A stretch of DNA of 53,407 nucleotides from Chloroflexota bacterium. GTDB lineage: Bacteria; Chloroflexota; Limnocylindria; Limnocylindrales; CSP1-4. Of this stretch, positions 44,311 to 52,579 are shown piece by piece; position 1 is the stretch's first letter; each line of letters begins with the position of its first letter. The translations under genes and the position numbers were made by a program. The DNA lies in NCBI GenBank assembly GCA_034666725.1, contig JAXDLE010000011.1, positions 1-53,407 on the forward strand, written 5' to 3'. Below the pieces are notes generated by a model. The model was given only the letters and a program-made list of their open reading frames with translations, did not search any database and was not told the DNA's origin.

Positions 44311-45335
44311 ACAACCGTTCCGCGCAGGTCGTGGCAGCGACCTTGGCGTTCCTGCTTATCGTGCTCGTGGGGGTGACGATCTTCATCGCGCTCAGCCGGC
44401 CGGCGGTTCCGGGGCCGACGCCGACGCCATCAGGCCATGCGACCGCCGGGCCCTCCTTCACGCCGACTCCCGGGCCGAGTTCGACCGGAGCTCCCCTCCC
44501 GACTTCGAGCGGGACCGCCCTGCCGACCTTCTCCTTCCCGGTTGAGTCGCCGACACCGATCATCCTTCCGACGGACACGCCCAGCCCGACCCTCGAGCCG
44601 ACGATCACCCCCACGCCCTCGCCATCGCCCACCCCGTCCCCGGCACCGACACCGTCACCGACGTTGCCGCCATCGACCTCGCCACAGCGCGAGGTCACGG
44701 TCGTCGACATAGGCCTTGATCAGCGCTCCGATATTGCCGGTGTCCAGCGCACCATCTCCTTCTTCGTCGACGGACCGAGCTTGATAAGCGCCCGCCTATC
44801 GAACGTGAATGCCGGCAAGGTCCGCATGTGCCTGCTGCGCAACGACCAGGAGCCGCAGAAGGAGTGCATCAACGTCCACGAAGGCACTCTCTCTCGGGCG
44901 GTGTTCGACGCCGGCCAGAGCGAGTGGAACGTGACCTTGCTCGGCACGTCCGGCGTGGCCGGGCAGTTTGGCTCGCTGACGCTCGAGTTCAACGCGCTCA
45001 GCCCCGATATCCGACTCGACAGCTTCCGTTTCAACGGTACGGACAACCCGCACTACAACGGCTTCACCGTCGTTTTCGGTACGGGCGCCGATGGCACTTT
45101 CCGGCTCCGTGCGCAGATCGACGATGGCCACGACAACCCCTATCAGTGGCATCTCAACGTTGCCGTCGACGATGTTCCCGTGTATGACAACACCGCTGGT
45201 CCGGACACGTCGGTCGATCAAAGCGTCGCCGTCAGCGGCGGCACGGCGTACACGGTCCTGTTCGAGGAACCGGAAGCGTCTGCCGGTGGCGGCCTCTTCC
45301 CGGTGTTCGTCGACGCGCGGCTGACCTGGCCGTAG
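44307..45335 (+). CDS. Membrane-anchored protein with a Pro/Thr/Ser-rich linker and a beta-rich C-terminal domain
   Basis: A GTGA overlap links it to the TPR gene. An N-terminal TM helix ([22 protein letters not shown]) is followed by a ~110-aa PT-rich linker and then a ~200-aa domain I do not recognise. Confidence 0.65.
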   Translation: MNNRSAQVVAATLAFLLIVLVGVTIFIALSRPAVPGPTPTPSGHATAGPSFTPTPGPSSTGAPLPTSSGTALPTFSFPVESPTPIILPTDTPSPTLEPTITPTPSPSPTPSPAPTPSPTLPPSTSPQREVTVVDIGLDQRSDIAGVQRTISFFVDGPSLISARLSNVNAGKVRMCLLRNDQEPQKECINVHEGTLSRAVFDAGQSEWNVTLLGTSGVAGQFGSLTLEFNALSPDIRLDSFRFNGTDNPHYNGFTVVFGTGADGTFRLRAQIDDGHDNPYQWHLNVAVDDVPVYDNTAGPDTSVDQSVAVSGGTAYTVLFEEPEASAGGGLFPVFVDARLTWP

Positions 45336-45351
45336 GTACCGGCCGCGCCGC

Positions 45352-45945
45352 CTAGGGGAGCGTCAGCTCGCCGGCGCGTACCAGGGCATCAAGCCAGAGC
45401 ACGCCGATGAGCGTCTTGGCGTCGTGGATCTCGTCGCGCTCGACGCGCGCCAGCAGCTCGGGCAGCGTGAGCGCCTCGAGGAGCAACCGTTCGTCGGTAG
45501 CGGGTCCGCCGTGGTTCGGATCGGCCGTGAGGTCCGTCGCCAGGTAGAGCGTCATGTGCTCGCTGGCGAATCCCGGCGCAGTCCAGAAGGCACCCAATCG
45601 GCGCCAGTTCTGCGCGGTGTAGCCGGTTTCCTCGCGCAGCTCGCGCGGCCCTGCGACGGCCGGGTCTTCGATTGAGCCGTCATCAAGGCGGTCCAGCGTC
45701 CCGGCCGGCAGCTCGAGCAGCACCGTGCCGGCTGCGTGGCGGTACTGCCGCACCAGCAGGATTCGGCCATCGTTCCGCACAGCGGCAATGGCCACCGCAC
45801 CTGGGTGGAGGACCACGTCGCGCTCGCGCCGCTCGCCGTCCGCTGTCTCGATCGTGTCGAGCACGACCTCCATGTAGTTGCTCTTGCGCACCACTTGTCG
45901 ATCGACGAGTCGCTCGACCAGATCCGATTCACGCTCAATTTTCAT
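45352..45945 (-). CDS. Nudix hydrolase (ADP-ribose pyrophosphatase-like)
   Basis: ORF trimmed to ATG 45945. The Nudix box is 'GTLDRLDDGSIEDPAVAGPRELREETGY'. Confidence 0.85.
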   Translation of the reverse strand: MKIERESDLVERLVDRQVVRKSNYMEVVLDTIETADGERRERDVVLHPGAVAIAAVRNDGRILLVRQYRHAAGTVLLELPAGTLDRLDDGSIEDPAVAGPRELREETGYTAQNWRRLGAFWTAPGFASEHMTLYLATDLTADPNHGGPATDERLLLEALTLPELLARVERDEIHDAKTLIGVLWLDALVRAGELTLP

Positions 45946-46067
45946 CACTTGCGAGTATGCCAGTCCACGTCCCAGTACTTCCTTCTCATGGCGTATAGCC
46001 GGTTCGACCTGCCAAATTGGCGACCTCGACGACACACCAGGTGTCGTGCTCACTGGAGATCGACCAA

Positions 46068-46154
46068 ATGGCCAATGTCCGGCAGATCGCCTTCAGCCTC
46101 GTAGTGCTGGCGGCCTTCGTGCTCGTCGTCGCTGCGCCGTTCAGGTGGTGGTAG
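46068..46154 (+). CDS. Micro-ORF / candidate leader peptide (28 aa) ending in Trp-Trp-stop
   Basis: ATG 46068 lies ~9 nt after GGAG. The product is MANVRQIAFSLVVLAAFVLVVAAPFRWW. 24 of 27 third positions are G/C. It is too short to appear in the ORF track. Confidence 0.35.
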   Translation: MANVRQIAFSLVVLAAFVLVVAAPFRWW

Positions 46155-46184
46155 TCACCACCTCCGGGCAGCACTGATCCGCGT

Positions 46185-46260
46185 CCGCCGTCTTCGGCCA
46201 AGTCCGAACGGCGGGCCCCAATCCTGACCGGCTAACGGCGCGTACGAGAGACGCGCCGTT
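46185..46260 (+). promoter_or_regulatory. Two strong stem-loops in the leader of the DUF5317/GGDEF operon
   Basis: Hairpin 1 (46185-46214): ccgccg..ttcgg, loop ccaagt, then ccgaa cggcgg, giving 6+5 bp with a 2-nt bulge. Hairpin 2 (46234-46260) is a perfect 10-bp stem, aacggcgcgt / acgcgccgtt. A third 6-bp hairpin (46147-46162) overlaps the Trp codons and stop of the micro-ORF. Confidence 0.5.
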
Positions 46261-46298
46261 CCGTCTATCTGGAGGCCGCGCAACCGCGCATTTAGGCA

Positions 46299-46967
46299 AT
46301 GCTCCTCCTGTATGCCGTGATCATTGGCCTGGTGGCCGGGCTGCTCACCGGCGGCAAATTCGCCGCGTTGGGCTCGGCCCATATCCGGCTGTGGCCCGTG
46401 GCACTGATCGGTCTCTTCGCGCAGCTGCTGCTGTTCAGCTCGCCGCTCGCCGCCGTCGTCGGTCCGTGGGGCCCGTCGCTGTACGTGGTCAGCACCGTGG
46501 CCGTCCTGATGGCGCTCGTGGTGAACCTGCGCCAGCCCGGTTTCTGGCTGATCCTTCTCGGCGCGCTGGCCAATTTCACGGTGATCGTTGCCAATGGCGG
46601 CCAGATGCCGGCGGCGCCCGAAGCGTGGGCGGCGCTCAACGGCGTGGCCGCCGTGCCCACAGCCGACTTCAGCAACTCGATATTGGCCGGACCGCACACC
46701 GTGTTCGCGTTCCTGGGCGACAACTTCGTACTGCCGCGGCCCATGCCCCTCGCCAACGTGTTCTCGATCGGTGACATGCTGATCGGCGCCGGCGGGGCGC
46801 TCTTCGTCTATCAGCAGATGCACGGTCGCGTCCTTCCGCGGCTGCTCCGGCCCGAGGCGCAAGTCACGCGCGCAACACGTGACGTAACCCAGTCCCATGA
46901 CGCAACCCAGTCCCTTGACGCAACGAAGGCCCGCGCCGCAACGAAGGCCCGCGCCGCCCATGGCTGA
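46299..46967 (+). CDS. DUF5317 family membrane protein
   Basis: It has about four to five TM helices. 'ANFTVIVANGGQMP' and 'NVFSIGDMLIGAGGALFV' match my recollection of DUF5317. The C-terminal tail is encoded by tandem repeats. Confidence 0.65.
   Translation: MLLLYAVIIGLVAGLLTGGKFAALGSAHIRLWPVALIGLFAQLLLFSSPLAAVVGPWGPSLYVVSTVAVLMALVVNLRQPGFWLILLGALANFTVIVANGGQMPAAPEAWAALNGVAAVPTADFSNSILAGPHTVFAFLGDNFVLPRPMPLANVFSIGDMLIGAGGALFVYQQMHGRVLPRLLRPEAQVTRATRDVTQSHDATQSLDATKARAATKARAAHG
46881..46955. repeat. Two consecutive 18-bp tandem duplications at the DUF5317/GGDEF gene junction
   Basis: gacgtaacccagtcccat (46881-46898) is followed by gacgcaacccagtccctt (46899-46916). gcaacgaaggcccgcgcc then occurs twice, perfectly (46920-46937 and 46938-46955). 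Confidence 0.9.
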
Positions 46968-48831
46968 GGCCAGGCAGGGGGAGCTCGCGGCCATACTCGA
47001 GGAGCTGTGCCAGGCGGTCGCGGCAGACGGCGGCGCCGCGCTGTATCTCGATGACGGCGAGGGCGCCCTGCAGCGCGTTGCCGTTTCAGGTGGTGGTGGC
47101 ACACGACCGCCGCGGTTGCTCGACCAATTCCGTGACGAGAGCCACGACAAGCGCAGCCTTGTCCTGGGCATCCCCGGGTCGCCTGCCGGGGTCATCGTGC
47201 TCAGCCGTCGAACGGGTGGCAACTTCACTCAGCAGGATCGCGCCGTCGCGCGGCTCTATGTCCGCCGCCTTTCTGATGGCGCCGGCGCCGCCAGTGCGCC
47301 GCTCGCGCGCTCCGTCTGGACCCACCGACTCGAGGCGATCCAGCGCATCGGCGCGCGGCTCAATCGGCTGGGGTCATTGAACGAGGTAGCGGCAACGATC
47401 TGCGGTGGCGCGTTCGATGTCATCGATCACGATGAGTCGTACCTGCTGCTTGCCGACGAGAAGGGCTATCTCCAGTCCGTCGCCCAGGCTGCTGCCGATG
47501 GCACGGAGCCAATGCCACTGCCGGCCGAGGGCCAGATCGCGCGCCACATCGGGCGTGCGCTCGTATCAGCGCTGCCGGTGCTCGAGGGGAACGTGACCGA
47601 CGCCGGCCCGGGCAGGGTCGGGCCGCACTCCCTACTGGTCGCGCCGCTGCTGCACGAGTCACAGGTGACAGGCGTGCTGTGCCTACTCGCCGCGGGTGAG
47701 GCGCGCTTCGACGACGACCACCTGCAGCTGCTCCAGATCCTGTCCGACCAGGCCGCCGTCGCGCTCGAGAACGCGCGCCTCCTATCGGGCCGCGACGAGC
47801 TCGTACATGAGCTGGCCGGCCTGCTCGACATCAGCGAGGCTGCGGGCACGGCATTCGATGAGCGCGAGCTCGCGACACTGCTCGCCACGCGGATGCGCCG
47901 CGCGATAGAGCTCGATGGCGCCCGGGTCAGCCGCTGGGAGGAGGGCTCGACATTCCTGCGCCTGCTCGGCCGTGACGGGCGCGACCCTGACGAGGAGATG
48001 GTCGAGCTGGCCGACGCCCCGTTGCGCTGGTTCGCGCTGCGCGACGGCCGACTTGCGATCCTCCAGGTCGACACGCTCGAAGACAGCAAGGAGACGCACG
48101 AGCTGCGGGCACGCGGCGTTCGGACGCTAATCCTGATGCCGCTCACCACCGGTGGGCGCACGATCGGCCTGGTCGAGCTGGTCGCCCTGCACCAGCCGCG
48201 CGCCCTGAGTGAGTCGCAGCTCAACGCCCTCGAGGCGATGGCCCGATTGACCGCGACGGGCCTGGAGCGAGTGCGCCTATTCGAACAGCTGCGCAGCGCG
48301 GCCGACACCGATCTCGTGACCGGCGTGCACAACCACCGGTACCTGCAGGAACGGCTGCGCCAGGAGGTTGCGCGCGGGGCACGCAGCCATTCGCCGCTGG
48401 CGGTCCTGATGATGGACCTCGACAAGTTCAAGCTGGTCAACGACCGGCATGGTCACGCCGACGGTGACCGCGTCCTGCACAACATCGGCGCCGCGATCAT
48501 GAGCCAGGTGCGCACCAACGATGTTGTGGCGCGCTACGGCGGCGATGAGTTCGTCGTCGTTATGCCCGACACCAGCGCCGAGCAGGCCGCATTCGTCGCC
48601 AAGCGTGTTGTCAACGCGATCCTCGAGCGCCGTCACGAGCTGTCCGACGGCAGCCACGCGAGCGTCGGCGTCAGTGCGGGATTGGCGCTCTATCCCGAAG
48701 ACGGCCGCACGACGGCACAGCTTCTCGCGACGGCGGACGCGGCGATGTACGGGGCCAAGCGCGGTGGTGGTCGCGACATCGAACGCTCCACGGCCTACGC
48801 GTTGGTAGAGGCGATCGCCCCCGCCGTCTAA
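46960..48831 (+). CDS. GAF-domain-containing diguanylate cyclase (GGDEF)
   Basis: ATG 46960 (MAEARQGELAAILEEL); the alternative is ATG 46897. Two or three GAF-like regions precede 'DLVTGVHNHRYL...MMDLDKFKLVNDRHGHADGD...RTNDVVARYGGDEFVVVM'. Both the GGDEF active site and the RxxD I-site are intact. Confidence 0.85.
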   Translation: MAEARQGELAAILEELCQAVAADGGAALYLDDGEGALQRVAVSGGGGTRPPRLLDQFRDESHDKRSLVLGIPGSPAGVIVLSRRTGGNFTQQDRAVARLYVRRLSDGAGAASAPLARSVWTHRLEAIQRIGARLNRLGSLNEVAATICGGAFDVIDHDESYLLLADEKGYLQSVAQAAADGTEPMPLPAEGQIARHIGRALVSALPVLEGNVTDAGPGRVGPHSLLVAPLLHESQVTGVLCLLAAGEARFDDDHLQLLQILSDQAAVALENARLLSGRDELVHELAGLLDISEAAGTAFDERELATLLATRMRRAIELDGARVSRWEEGSTFLRLLGRDGRDPDEEMVELADAPLRWFALRDGRLAILQVDTLEDSKETHELRARGVRTLILMPLTTGGRTIGLVELVALHQPRALSESQLNALEAMARLTATGLERVRLFEQLRSAADTDLVTGVHNHRYLQERLRQEVARGARSHSPLAVLMMDLDKFKLVNDRHGHADGDRVLHNIGAAIMSQVRTNDVVARYGGDEFVVVMPDTSAEQAAFVAKRVVNAILERRHELSDGSHASVGVSAGLALYPEDGRTTAQLLATADAAMYGAKRGGGRDIERSTAYALVEAIAPAV

Positions 48832-48873
48832 CGCCTTCCCTCCGCTGCGGCTTCGGCCGAGCTGCGCACGAAG

Positions 48874-48908
48874 CGGGCGGCTCCCGGCCGTTGGCCGGTG
48901 TCCGCCCG
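48874..48908. terminator. GC-rich hairpin between convergent genes
   Basis: The sequence is cgggcgg ctc ccggcc gtt ggccgg tgt ccgcccg, giving 7+6 bp stems. There is no U-tract, as with many high-G+C terminators. Confidence 0.4.
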
Positions 48909-48915
48909 TCGCTTG

Positions 48916-50010
48916 CTAGTGGAGGGCTTTGCCCTCAGCCAAGTCGAAGAGCCTGATCTTGTCGATCGGCACGAACAGCTCGACCACGTCACCCGGGCGG
49001 ATGCGGTGCTCGGCGTCGACCAATGCCACGAGGTCGTACTCGCCGACACGAACGTGGAGCAGCTCCTGGTTGCCCAGGAACTCGACCACGTCGCACGTCG
49101 CGCGGACGCTTGCCCCCGCACCGGGCGCAGCGCCGTTCACGATCTGGAAATGCTCCGGCCGGACGCCCGCGGTCAGTTCCGCGGCGGCGCTCTCGACCGC
49201 ACTCTTGAGGCCGTCGGGCACGGGTAGCTCGATGCCCTCGCCGGCGAGCTTGAGCGAGCCGCCCTCGGTCGTGGGCGTGACGGTGACGAAGTTCATGGCG
49301 GGGCTGCCGATGAACCCGGCGACGAACTTGTTGACCGGATGCTGATACAGCTCCTGCGGCGGGCCGACCTGCTGGAGCACGCCGAAGTTCATGACCGCGA
49401 TGCGGTCGCCCATCGTCATCGCCTCGACCTGGTCGTGGGTCACGTAAACCACGGTGGTGCGGAGGCGCTGATGCAGGCGCGCAATTTCGGCGCGCGTCTG
49501 GACGCGCAGCTTGGCATCGAGGTTGGACAGTGGCTCGTCCATCAGGAACACCGCCGGTTCGCGGACGATCGCGCGGCCGAGCGCGACGCGCTGGCGCTGA
49601 CCGCCGGAGAGCTGCTTGGGCTTGCGCTCGAGAAGATTGGTCAGCTCGATCGTCGCCGCGGCCTCGCGCACGCGTCTGTCTATCTCGGCCTTGGGCACCT
49701 TGCGCAGCTTCAAGCCGAACGCGAGGTTGTCGAAGACGCTCATATGCGGATAGAGCGCGTAGCTCTGGAAGACCATCGCGACGTCGCGATCCTTGGGCGC
49801 CAGGTCGTTAACCACGCGGTCGCCGATCCTGAGCGAGCCCTCTGTAACGTCCTCGAGCCCGGCGATCATGCGCAGCGCGGTGGTCTTGCCGCAGCCTGAT
49901 GGGCCGACGAGGACCAGGAACTCCTCGTCCTGGATCTCGAGGTTGAGGTCGTTGACGGCGGTGACGTCGCCGTAGCGTTTGAAGACGTGCTCGAAGGTGA
50001 CAGTCGCCAT
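48916..50010 (-). CDS. Sugar ABC transporter ATP-binding protein (MalK/UgpC/MsiK type)
   Basis: ATG 50010 lies 5 nt after GAGGAG. Contains GPSGCGKTT, LSGGQRQRV and FLMDEPLSNLD, plus a C-terminal TOBE-like regulatory domain. Confidence 0.9.
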   Translation of the reverse strand: MATVTFEHVFKRYGDVTAVNDLNLEIQDEEFLVLVGPSGCGKTTALRMIAGLEDVTEGSLRIGDRVVNDLAPKDRDVAMVFQSYALYPHMSVFDNLAFGLKLRKVPKAEIDRRVREAAATIELTNLLERKPKQLSGGQRQRVALGRAIVREPAVFLMDEPLSNLDAKLRVQTRAEIARLHQRLRTTVVYVTHDQVEAMTMGDRIAVMNFGVLQQVGPPQELYQHPVNKFVAGFIGSPAMNFVTVTPTTEGGSLKLAGEGIELPVPDGLKSAVESAAAELTAGVRPEHFQIVNGAAPGAGASVRATCDVVEFLGNQELLHVRVGEYDLVALVDAEHRIRPGDVVELFVPIDKIRLFDLAEGKALH

Positions 50011-50130
50011 GACCACTCCTCAAGAGACGCCGTAAGCCGGCCCCGGCTTCGGTGCAATGCGGCTCGGCCGTCTCGTTGGCCGCATGCTATGACCTAATAC
50101 GATGCGTAAGCAACTGAAGAGGAGAGAAAC

Positions 50131-50424
50131 GTGCCTGACTTGTTCGCCATCCTGCCCGAGTTCAACGGAATTGGCTGGCTGGGCTGGATCATCGTCGGCT
50201 TCTTTGCCGGCGCGCTCTCCGGCGTTATCGTGCGCGACCGCTCGGCGGGTGGCTGCCTGGCCAACATTCTGATCGGCATCCTGGGCGGCATCGTCGGCGG
50301 CCTGCTGGCGCGCCAGTTCTTCGACACAAGCGAGGTCGTCGGCTGGATCGGTGCCTTCCTCGTCGCCTTCGTCGGGGCGGTGATCGTGCGCTGGCTGCTG
50401 GCGCTGGCGAGCCCGCGGCGCTAG
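50131..50424 (+). CDS. GlsB/YeaQ/YmgE-family stress-response membrane protein
   Basis: GTG start after GAGGAGAG. It is 97 aa with three Gly-rich TM helices (GWIIVGFFAGALSG..., ILIGILGGIVGGLL...). Confidence 0.8.
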   Translation: MPDLFAILPEFNGIGWLGWIIVGFFAGALSGVIVRDRSAGGCLANILIGILGGIVGGLLARQFFDTSEVVGWIGAFLVAFVGAVIVRWLLALASPRR

Positions 50425-50473
50425 CGCTGCGTTACCTCCGCAGTAGCGCTCACGCGCACTGCTGCGCGTCGTC

Positions 50474-50504
50474 GGTGACCTCACTCCGTTGGAGTGTGGT
50501 CACC
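50474..50504. terminator. Hairpin between convergent genes
   Basis: The sequence is ggtgacctcactcc gtt ggagtgtggtcacc: a 14-nt arm with one mismatch and a 3-nt loop. Confidence 0.5.
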
Positions 50505-50518
50505 ACCTCCTTGCGGCG

Positions 50519-50893
50519 CTACTTCTTCTTGGGTCCCAGGCTCATCGAGTAGGCGAGGGCGCGCTCCGCCCAGTCGCGCGTCGGGACAGTCCGGGACTGC
50601 CACTCGGTCAGGCCCATGTATTCACGCATCGGCCTGCCGGGCATGGGCTCGAGTGGCATGCCGCCGTCCGCCTTGAGCGCCGCTCGATCGTCCTCGCCCA
50701 GGCGGAAATACAGCTCGTCCGCGAAGAGGCACATGAACATGTGGTCGTTGGCGAAAGCGGCCACGCTGCCGAACATGGGCCGCACGGTGACGCGCGCGTC
50801 GTCGGGCACGGCCGCGCGAAACGCGTCCTGCGCATCGCGGCTGCTCTTGGCGTGCACCACGCCGGAACCGTCGTTGTCGTCGAGTTCTTTCAC
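50519..50893 (-). CDS. TfoX/Sxy N-terminal-domain protein
   Basis: 'VTVRPMFGSVAAFANDHMFMCLFADELYFRLGEDD' matches the TfoX_N pattern (MFGg.a.f..g.mF..i.dd.LyfK). Confidence 0.7.
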   Translation of the reverse strand: MKELDDNDGSGVVHAKSSRDAQDAFRAAVPDDARVTVRPMFGSVAAFANDHMFMCLFADELYFRLGEDDRAALKADGGMPLEPMPGRPMREYMGLTEWQSRTVPTRDWAERALAYSMSLGPKKK

Positions 50894-51117
50894 TTGACGA
50901 GTATGGGGGTCCGCCGTGCCCCCGACTCACAGGTTTTCCATAACTTCAGCCCGAATGCAGCTTTAAGCCATCGCGGGCCCCGTGGCGATGCGTGGTCGCT
51001 CATTCGTGCGGGAGAAATGGTCTCGTTCGTGCGATCAGGGCCGATCCCCTTCGTATCGCCATCTCCACTGAATTTGTGCAACTGAAGGCGAGCGGTCGCG
51101 GCCGATAACCTCTCGCG

Positions 51118-51417
51118 GTGCTCGAGATCGTGAACAACGCCGCGGACAAGCGCTGGGAGGCGCGGCTCGACGGTGAGGCGGCGGGTTACGCCGAGTACCG
51201 CGGCAACGCCAAGCGAGTCGTGTTCACGCACACCGTCGTCGAGCCGCAGTTCGAGGGCCGCGGCATAGGCTCGGGGCTCGCCAAGGCCGCGCTCGACGCG
51301 GCGGTCGCGGCCGGTCAGCGGATCGTGCCGTCCTGCCCGTTCATCAGCGCGTACCTGCGCCGCCACCATGAGTTCGACGCGCACGTCGACTGGCCGCGCG
51401 GCGCGGCCGAGGAGTGA
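51118..51417 (+). CDS. Small GNAT-fold N-acetyltransferase (YjdJ type)
   Basis: GTG start, 99 aa. 'FTHTVVEPQFEGRGIGSGLAKAALDAAVAAGQRIVPSCPFISAYLRRH' matches the YjdJ/Acetyltransf_CG pattern. Confidence 0.75.
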   Translation: MLEIVNNAADKRWEARLDGEAAGYAEYRGNAKRVVFTHTVVEPQFEGRGIGSGLAKAALDAAVAAGQRIVPSCPFISAYLRRHHEFDAHVDWPRGAAEE

Positions 51418-52361
51418 TCCGCCGGATCGTCATTTGGCTGGTCGCGCATCCGCGGCTGACCGCACTTCTGGGCGCGGTGTCGATCTCGTTCTCCGGCATC
51501 CTCTACCGACTCTCCGCGACGAGCCCCGAAACGGCCGCTTTCTTCCGCTGCCTCTATGCCCTGCCGATCTTGTTTCTCGCGGTGTGGTTTGAGCGACGCG
51601 AATTCGGCGCGATGCCGCGGCGCAGCATGGGTCTCGCCGCGGGCGCGGGCGTGCTGTTCGCGGTCGACATCATCTTCTGGCACCACGCGGTCGACGCGGT
51701 GGGCGCGGGCCTCGCGACTGTGCTCGGCAATCTGCAGGTAGTCATCGTCGGCGTCGGCGCGTGGCTGCTGTTCGGGGAGCGGCCGTCCACGCGTTCATTG
51801 CTCGCCGTGCCAATCGTGCTTTTCGGGATCGTCCTGATCTCGGGCGTCCTCTGGCAGGACCCAGATAGCTACGGCGCGAACCCCGCGCTGGGCGCCGGCC
51901 TGGGCATCGTCGCTGCCTTCGCGTACGCCTTCTACCTGCTCATCATTCGTCAGGTCGGCCGGCGCCGGGCAGGCGAGCCGGTGGCCATATCGACGACAGC
52001 CACGGCGGCCGTCTGCTTGATCGCCGGCTTCGGCCTGGGCACGATGGACCTGGTGCCGACGTGGCCGGCCCATCTGTGGCTGGTGCTGCTTGCCCTGAGT
52101 GCTCAGTCGGCCGGCTACATCTTCATCTCGCTCTCGCTGCCGAGGCTCCCGTCGGTGGTCACCTCGATCATCCTGCTGGCCCAGCCGGTCCTGTCGGTGC
52201 TGTTCGCAGTGCTGCTGATCGGTGAGACACCGTCGCTCGGCCAGTTCGCCGGAGTCGCGTTGTTGTTGGGCGGCATCGCCCTGGCGACGGTACAGCTGCC
52301 GAGCGGGCGTCCATGGCGCCGCCACGCCCTCGCGGAGGCAGGACCGGCCGACCTGCCCTGA
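51414..52361 (+). CDS. DMT-superfamily (EamA-like) transporter
   Basis: A GTGA overlap links it to the upstream gene. It has ten hydrophobic helices in two EamA-like halves. Confidence 0.8.
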   Translation: MIRRIVIWLVAHPRLTALLGAVSISFSGILYRLSATSPETAAFFRCLYALPILFLAVWFERREFGAMPRRSMGLAAGAGVLFAVDIIFWHHAVDAVGAGLATVLGNLQVVIVGVGAWLLFGERPSTRSLLAVPIVLFGIVLISGVLWQDPDSYGANPALGAGLGIVAAFAYAFYLLIIRQVGRRRAGEPVAISTTATAAVCLIAGFGLGTMDLVPTWPAHLWLVLLALSAQSAGYIFISLSLPRLPSVVTSIILLAQPVLSVLFAVLLIGETPSLGQFAGVALLLGGIALATVQLPSGRPWRRHALAEAGPADLP

Positions 52362-52382
52362 TGGGACGCGGCACGGACAGCA

Positions 52383-52412
52383 GGACGCGCCCCGTTTGAG
52401 CGGAGCGCGTCC
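52383..52412 (+). terminator. Hairpin after the EamA gene
   Basis: ggacgcgc (52383-52390) pairs with gcgcgtcc (52405-52412) across a 14-nt loop. There is no U-tract. Confidence 0.35.
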
Positions 52413-52453
52413 GAGGTGAGGAGGAAAGGAGGCGGCTCGGCGGCCGCGGCATT

Positions 52454-52579
52454 GGGTCTGTCTCCGCAGCCGCCCTTCGGGGCGCTGCTGCGCGCCTCCG
52501 TCGAAGCCCCGCTTGCGCGGTACTCCGAGTTCGGCTTGCGGCCTGGGTCTGACTCCGCAGCCGCCCTTCGGCTTGCGGC
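52454..52579. repeat. Direct repeats of GC-rich hairpin elements between convergent genes
   Basis: gggtctgtctccgcagccgcccttcgg (52454-) recurs as gggtctgactccgcagccgcccttcgg (52545-). ttcggcttgcggc occurs at 52529 and 52567. Each copy can fold, for example gcag(c)cgccc-ttcg-gggcgctgc. Confidence 0.75.

Noticed and set aside
46155-47228. 357-aa minus-strand ORF (and 47466..48440, 324 aa) antisense to the DUF5317 and GGDEF genes
   Set aside because: The plus-strand frames carry TM helices and GAF/GGDEF motifs, and these frames are low-complexity.
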